From positions 38,812,001 through 38,876,000 of the forward strand of contig NC_083288.1 in assembly GCF_963506605.1 (NCBI RefSeq): a stretch of DNA of 64,000 nucleotides. The letters are read 5' to 3'. This stretch comes from Zootoca vivipara (Eukaryota). Position 1 is the first letter of the stretch. Each line of letters begins with the position of its first letter. The position numbers and the translations under genes are program-made. The notes under the pieces were generated by a model. It had not been told where the DNA came from, ran no database searches, and saw only the letters and a list, made by a program, of their open reading frames with translations. Of the stretch, positions 56,803-64,000 are shown one piece after another.

Positions 56803-57151
56803 AGGTAAAGGGACCCCTGACCATTAGGTCCAGTCATGAACGACTCTGGGGTTGCGGCGCTCATCTTGTGTTATTGGCCGCGGGAGCCGGCGTACAGCTT
56901 CCAGATCATGTGGCCAGCATGACAAAGCTGCTTCTGGCAAACCAGAGCAGTGCACGGAAACGCAGTTTACCTTCCTGCTGTAGCGGTACCTATTTATCTA
57001 CTTGCATTTTGATGCGCTTTCAAACTGCTAGGTTGGCAGGAGCTGGGGCCGAGAAACGAGAGCTTACCCCGTAGCAGGGATTCGAACCGCTGACCTTCTG
57101 ATCGGCAAGCCCTAGGTTCTGTGGTTTAACCCACAGCACCACCTGCGTCCC
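56803..57151 (-). mobile_element. Sauria SINE (Squam1), full length
   Basis: Complete consensus, flanked by the direct repeat catggggatgta (TSD). Confidence 0.9.
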
Positions 57152-57312
57152 CATGGGGATGTAGTAGATGGCTATTTAACACACAGTGCAATCTTATGCA
57201 TATTTATTTCAGACTGGCTGGCCCTGCACGCGTTGCTGTGTGTTAGTCTGTCAAATGGAGGATAATAGGCCCCCTTCAGATCTCCCTGAGCCTCAGAGTC
57301 CCCCTGTTTTAC

Positions 57313-57514
57313 AGGGGCCTACATAAAACAAAGGCCGTGCTGCGGCCTGCGACCCGGGCAGTCACCCTTCCACCCCCCCGGGCCTAGTGGGGGCCTGGCG
57401 GCCTGGCAGGGGCCTACATAAAACAAAGGCCGTGCTGCGACCTGCGATCCGGGCGCTCGTCCTCTCCCCCCCCCCCGGGCCTTGTGGGGGCCTAGCAGCC
57501 TGGCAGGGGCCTAG
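57313..57514. repeat. About 95-98-bp GC-rich tandem duplication (2.1 copies)
   Basis: aggggcctacataaaacaaaggccgtgctgcg at 57313 and 57408; a third start at 57506. Confidence 0.9.
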
Positions 57515-58653
57515 GGGTCTGATAATGGCCACCTTGGTGGTTTCAGTTGCTTGGTTGATGATGTCATTATTTGGTTTGTGGGTGTGGTGTAGATTTCACA
57601 GGAAGGGAGGGCGTGTACTGTGGGAGGAATTCCACTTGAGGGCGCTGTTTTACTTTGTGGAAAAGCAGGTTTATACCTGCCCAGGTGTGAAATTTGAGGG
57701 ATTTTTTTTTCTAACAACGGTCGGGGAGTGGCCTGGATTGTTGTGTCAAAATTTCAGGACGATCGGTCAAGCGGTTACGGAGAAAAGTGGAACACACACT
57801 TTCACGTTTTTAACATTTTTATATATATAGATGAAGCTCCACAGTGGCAGTCAGAATGTTTTGGATGGTAGCTGCATTGCAGAGATCTGAGTTCATAATC
57901 TCTGCGGGGTTTAGCACAGATTAACCTCATAGGGTTATAAGGCAGTTGAAATGTTGGTCCAAGTTGCTTGAAGAAATATCAGAATTGCTGCAGTATGAGG
58001 ATGGAAAACAAAGGATATAAGCTGCACCATTCACGCCTGACATTTGAAGAGCAATCTCCCTAAGATCAGTTCTGCAATCTACTCCCGCCTGCAGTCTTGC
58101 TGTGCTTATATCGTCATTGTGGTTGTGCCAGAGAGCTGATTCAGGCTTTTTGACCTTTTCCCTCCCTATTTGGGGAAATCTGATGCAGCCATATTGCAGT
58201 CCTCCAACTTGTTGATTTTGACTAGTCTGATTGTCTAAAGGGAGGAGGCTTCATGACCTGTGATTTTTGTTGGAGGCCTTGATAACTTGATGGCTGAAAT
58301 GTGTCTGATGAAATTGTCAACTATGCCCTACCAATGGTTACTTCCCAGTGATGACCAAGACTAGGTCATTCTCCTTTCTCACTTCCACAACTCCCCTGAA
58401 AGTGGCATGGTAATTGGCATGTCTCTACCTGCCTCCCCTGACATCAGACACCCTTTGCCTCTTATGTTTACTGCCCTTCTTAACTCTCCATCTGCTGTGT
58501 TGCATTCCTTGCATTCCACCTTCCATGTTGACCTTTCAAAAAGTCTTTTATTGTGTAGCTGTTGCTTGAAGTATTCAGCTGTCTAAATATCACTGCTGCC
58601 ATCACCCTTTGCTTTTCAGCTCTTGATCCAGAGCATTCCACATCTACAATAGG

Positions 58654-62517
<3,864 letters not shown>

Positions 62518-63142
62518 GTAAGATGGTGACAATCCCATCTTTTGTAACACAACTCGAGCTACATGTACATTCAACATCTCCTTTTAGGAAACAGCTGTGC
62601 CCAGAAAAAAAGACTTCTGCAATGTGGTATTGTGAAGGATCTTACCAGCTGGGCCCAACTGGGATTTGTCTTCCCACCAGTTTCTTATTAAATCCTACAG
62701 GATCCCTGTCTAAAACAGTTTATATACAGTGTTCCTACTTTTTAATTTATAGCTGCCACTATTTAATTCCAGCTGGTTGCTTTAACCTTTTACTACATGG
62801 AGTAGCAGATTAGAGGCATGGAACAAATGGAGCTGGAGGCTTGTAATATTAATAGTAATAATAGTAATAATAGTAGTAACAACAACAACAACAATAATTT
62901 ATTATTTATACCCTGCCCATCTGGCTGGGTTTCCCCAGCCACTCTGGGTGGCTTCCAACAGAATATTAAAATACAATAATCTATTAAACATTAAAAGCTT
63001 CCCTAAACAAATATGCATTAAAGCTTATTTAATATAAAATCATGGCTTTAATGCAGGTATTTATTTAACAACATAGTTTGATGATTGCCAAAATATGTTA
63101 CTACATGGAGTAGCAGATTAGAGGCATGGAACAAATGGAGCT

Positions 63143-63371
63143 GGAGCCGGCGTACAGCTTCCAGGTCATGTGGCCAGCATGACTAAGCCGCTTCTGGCGA
63201 ACCAGAGCAGCACATGGAAACGCCGTTTATCTTCCCGCCAGAGTGGTACCTATTTATCTACTTGCACTTTGACGTGCTTTCGAACTGCTAGGTTGGCAGG
63301 AGCTGGGACCCAGCAATGGGAGCTCACCCCATCGCGGCGATTCGAACCGCCAACAGCGACACCCGCGTCCC
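63143..63371 (-). mobile_element. Truncated Sauria SINE within a local duplication
   Basis: ggagccggcgtacagcttcc...acccgcgtccc. Confidence 0.85.
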
Positions 63372-64000
63372 ATCATCATCACCTACATAGTTTGATGATT
63401 GCCAAAATATGTTACCATTACTTTAAATCTGGTGTTGGCTCAAAAAAGGTTGCTACATCATTGTCCTATTTCTCATCCCTATGCCGACCTGATAGCCAGA
63501 TCTCCATTTATCCACTGCTCTGGTCAGGGTATTACTGAAAGAGCACAAGGTAGCTAAGCGTGTCTCAATTGTTAGTCAGACTGAACTCCCATCTCTTGAG
63601 ACTTCTGCTCACCCCCTGATCGGCCTGATTCAGTTTTCTTCAGAAATCTCTTTTCTGGTCTGGCACTTGAAGACTCAGCCATCATGGTGCTGCCTCTGAA
63701 GTCTTTTTCCTTCGTGAGGCCCACTGTCAGCTGCTGGCCGCTCTGGTCAGACACCATCCTGGAAAACTACCTCTCCTGGCTGGCCTCCCTTAGTCCCTGT
63801 CTCCTGTGGTTCTAAGCTCATCTTCCGACTCTTTCTCATCTCCTGACCAACTGCTCCCAAAGAATGCTGTGTCTGCCCTTATATTTACTCCCTCTGGCCA
63901 ATCATTGGGTTCTTTCTGGAGTTCCGAGTCCTCATTGGACCAATCATTCGAACGGAATGCCCACGAAAGGACCTATCACTATTTGACTTTTTCAATTCAC

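Overview
Vertebrate genomic DNA, most likely a lacertid lizard (inferred from Sauria/Squam1 SINEs and tRNA-Lys/CR1-tail SINEs). It holds four + strand spliced genes in the same order as human 16p11.2: the 3' part of FBRS (1-7989), complete SRCAP (CpG-island promoter near 14 kb, canonical CDS 21136-45143, about 3428 aa), TMEM265 (50552-52205) and the 5' part of PHKG2 (58654-62517, continuing past the window). Main finding: the 1276-codon Glu-rich ORF in SRCAP intron 1 (15219-19049) has its stop codon inside a splice donor (AAG|GTAACT). Splicing there joins it in frame, with no stop, through the two nominal 5'UTR exons into the SRCAP start codon. This predicts either a ~4790-aa SRCAP with a 1363-aa N-terminal extension (mostly acidic, basic towards its end) or, unspliced, a stand-alone 1276-aa protein. 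A candidate second promoter with paired MYB-type motifs lies upstream of it. SRCAP introns also carry two H/ACA snoRNAs: a SNORA30-like copy, and an unassigned one whose pocket matches 18S rRNA. All calls were read by eye; no searches were run, and comparisons with human come from memory.
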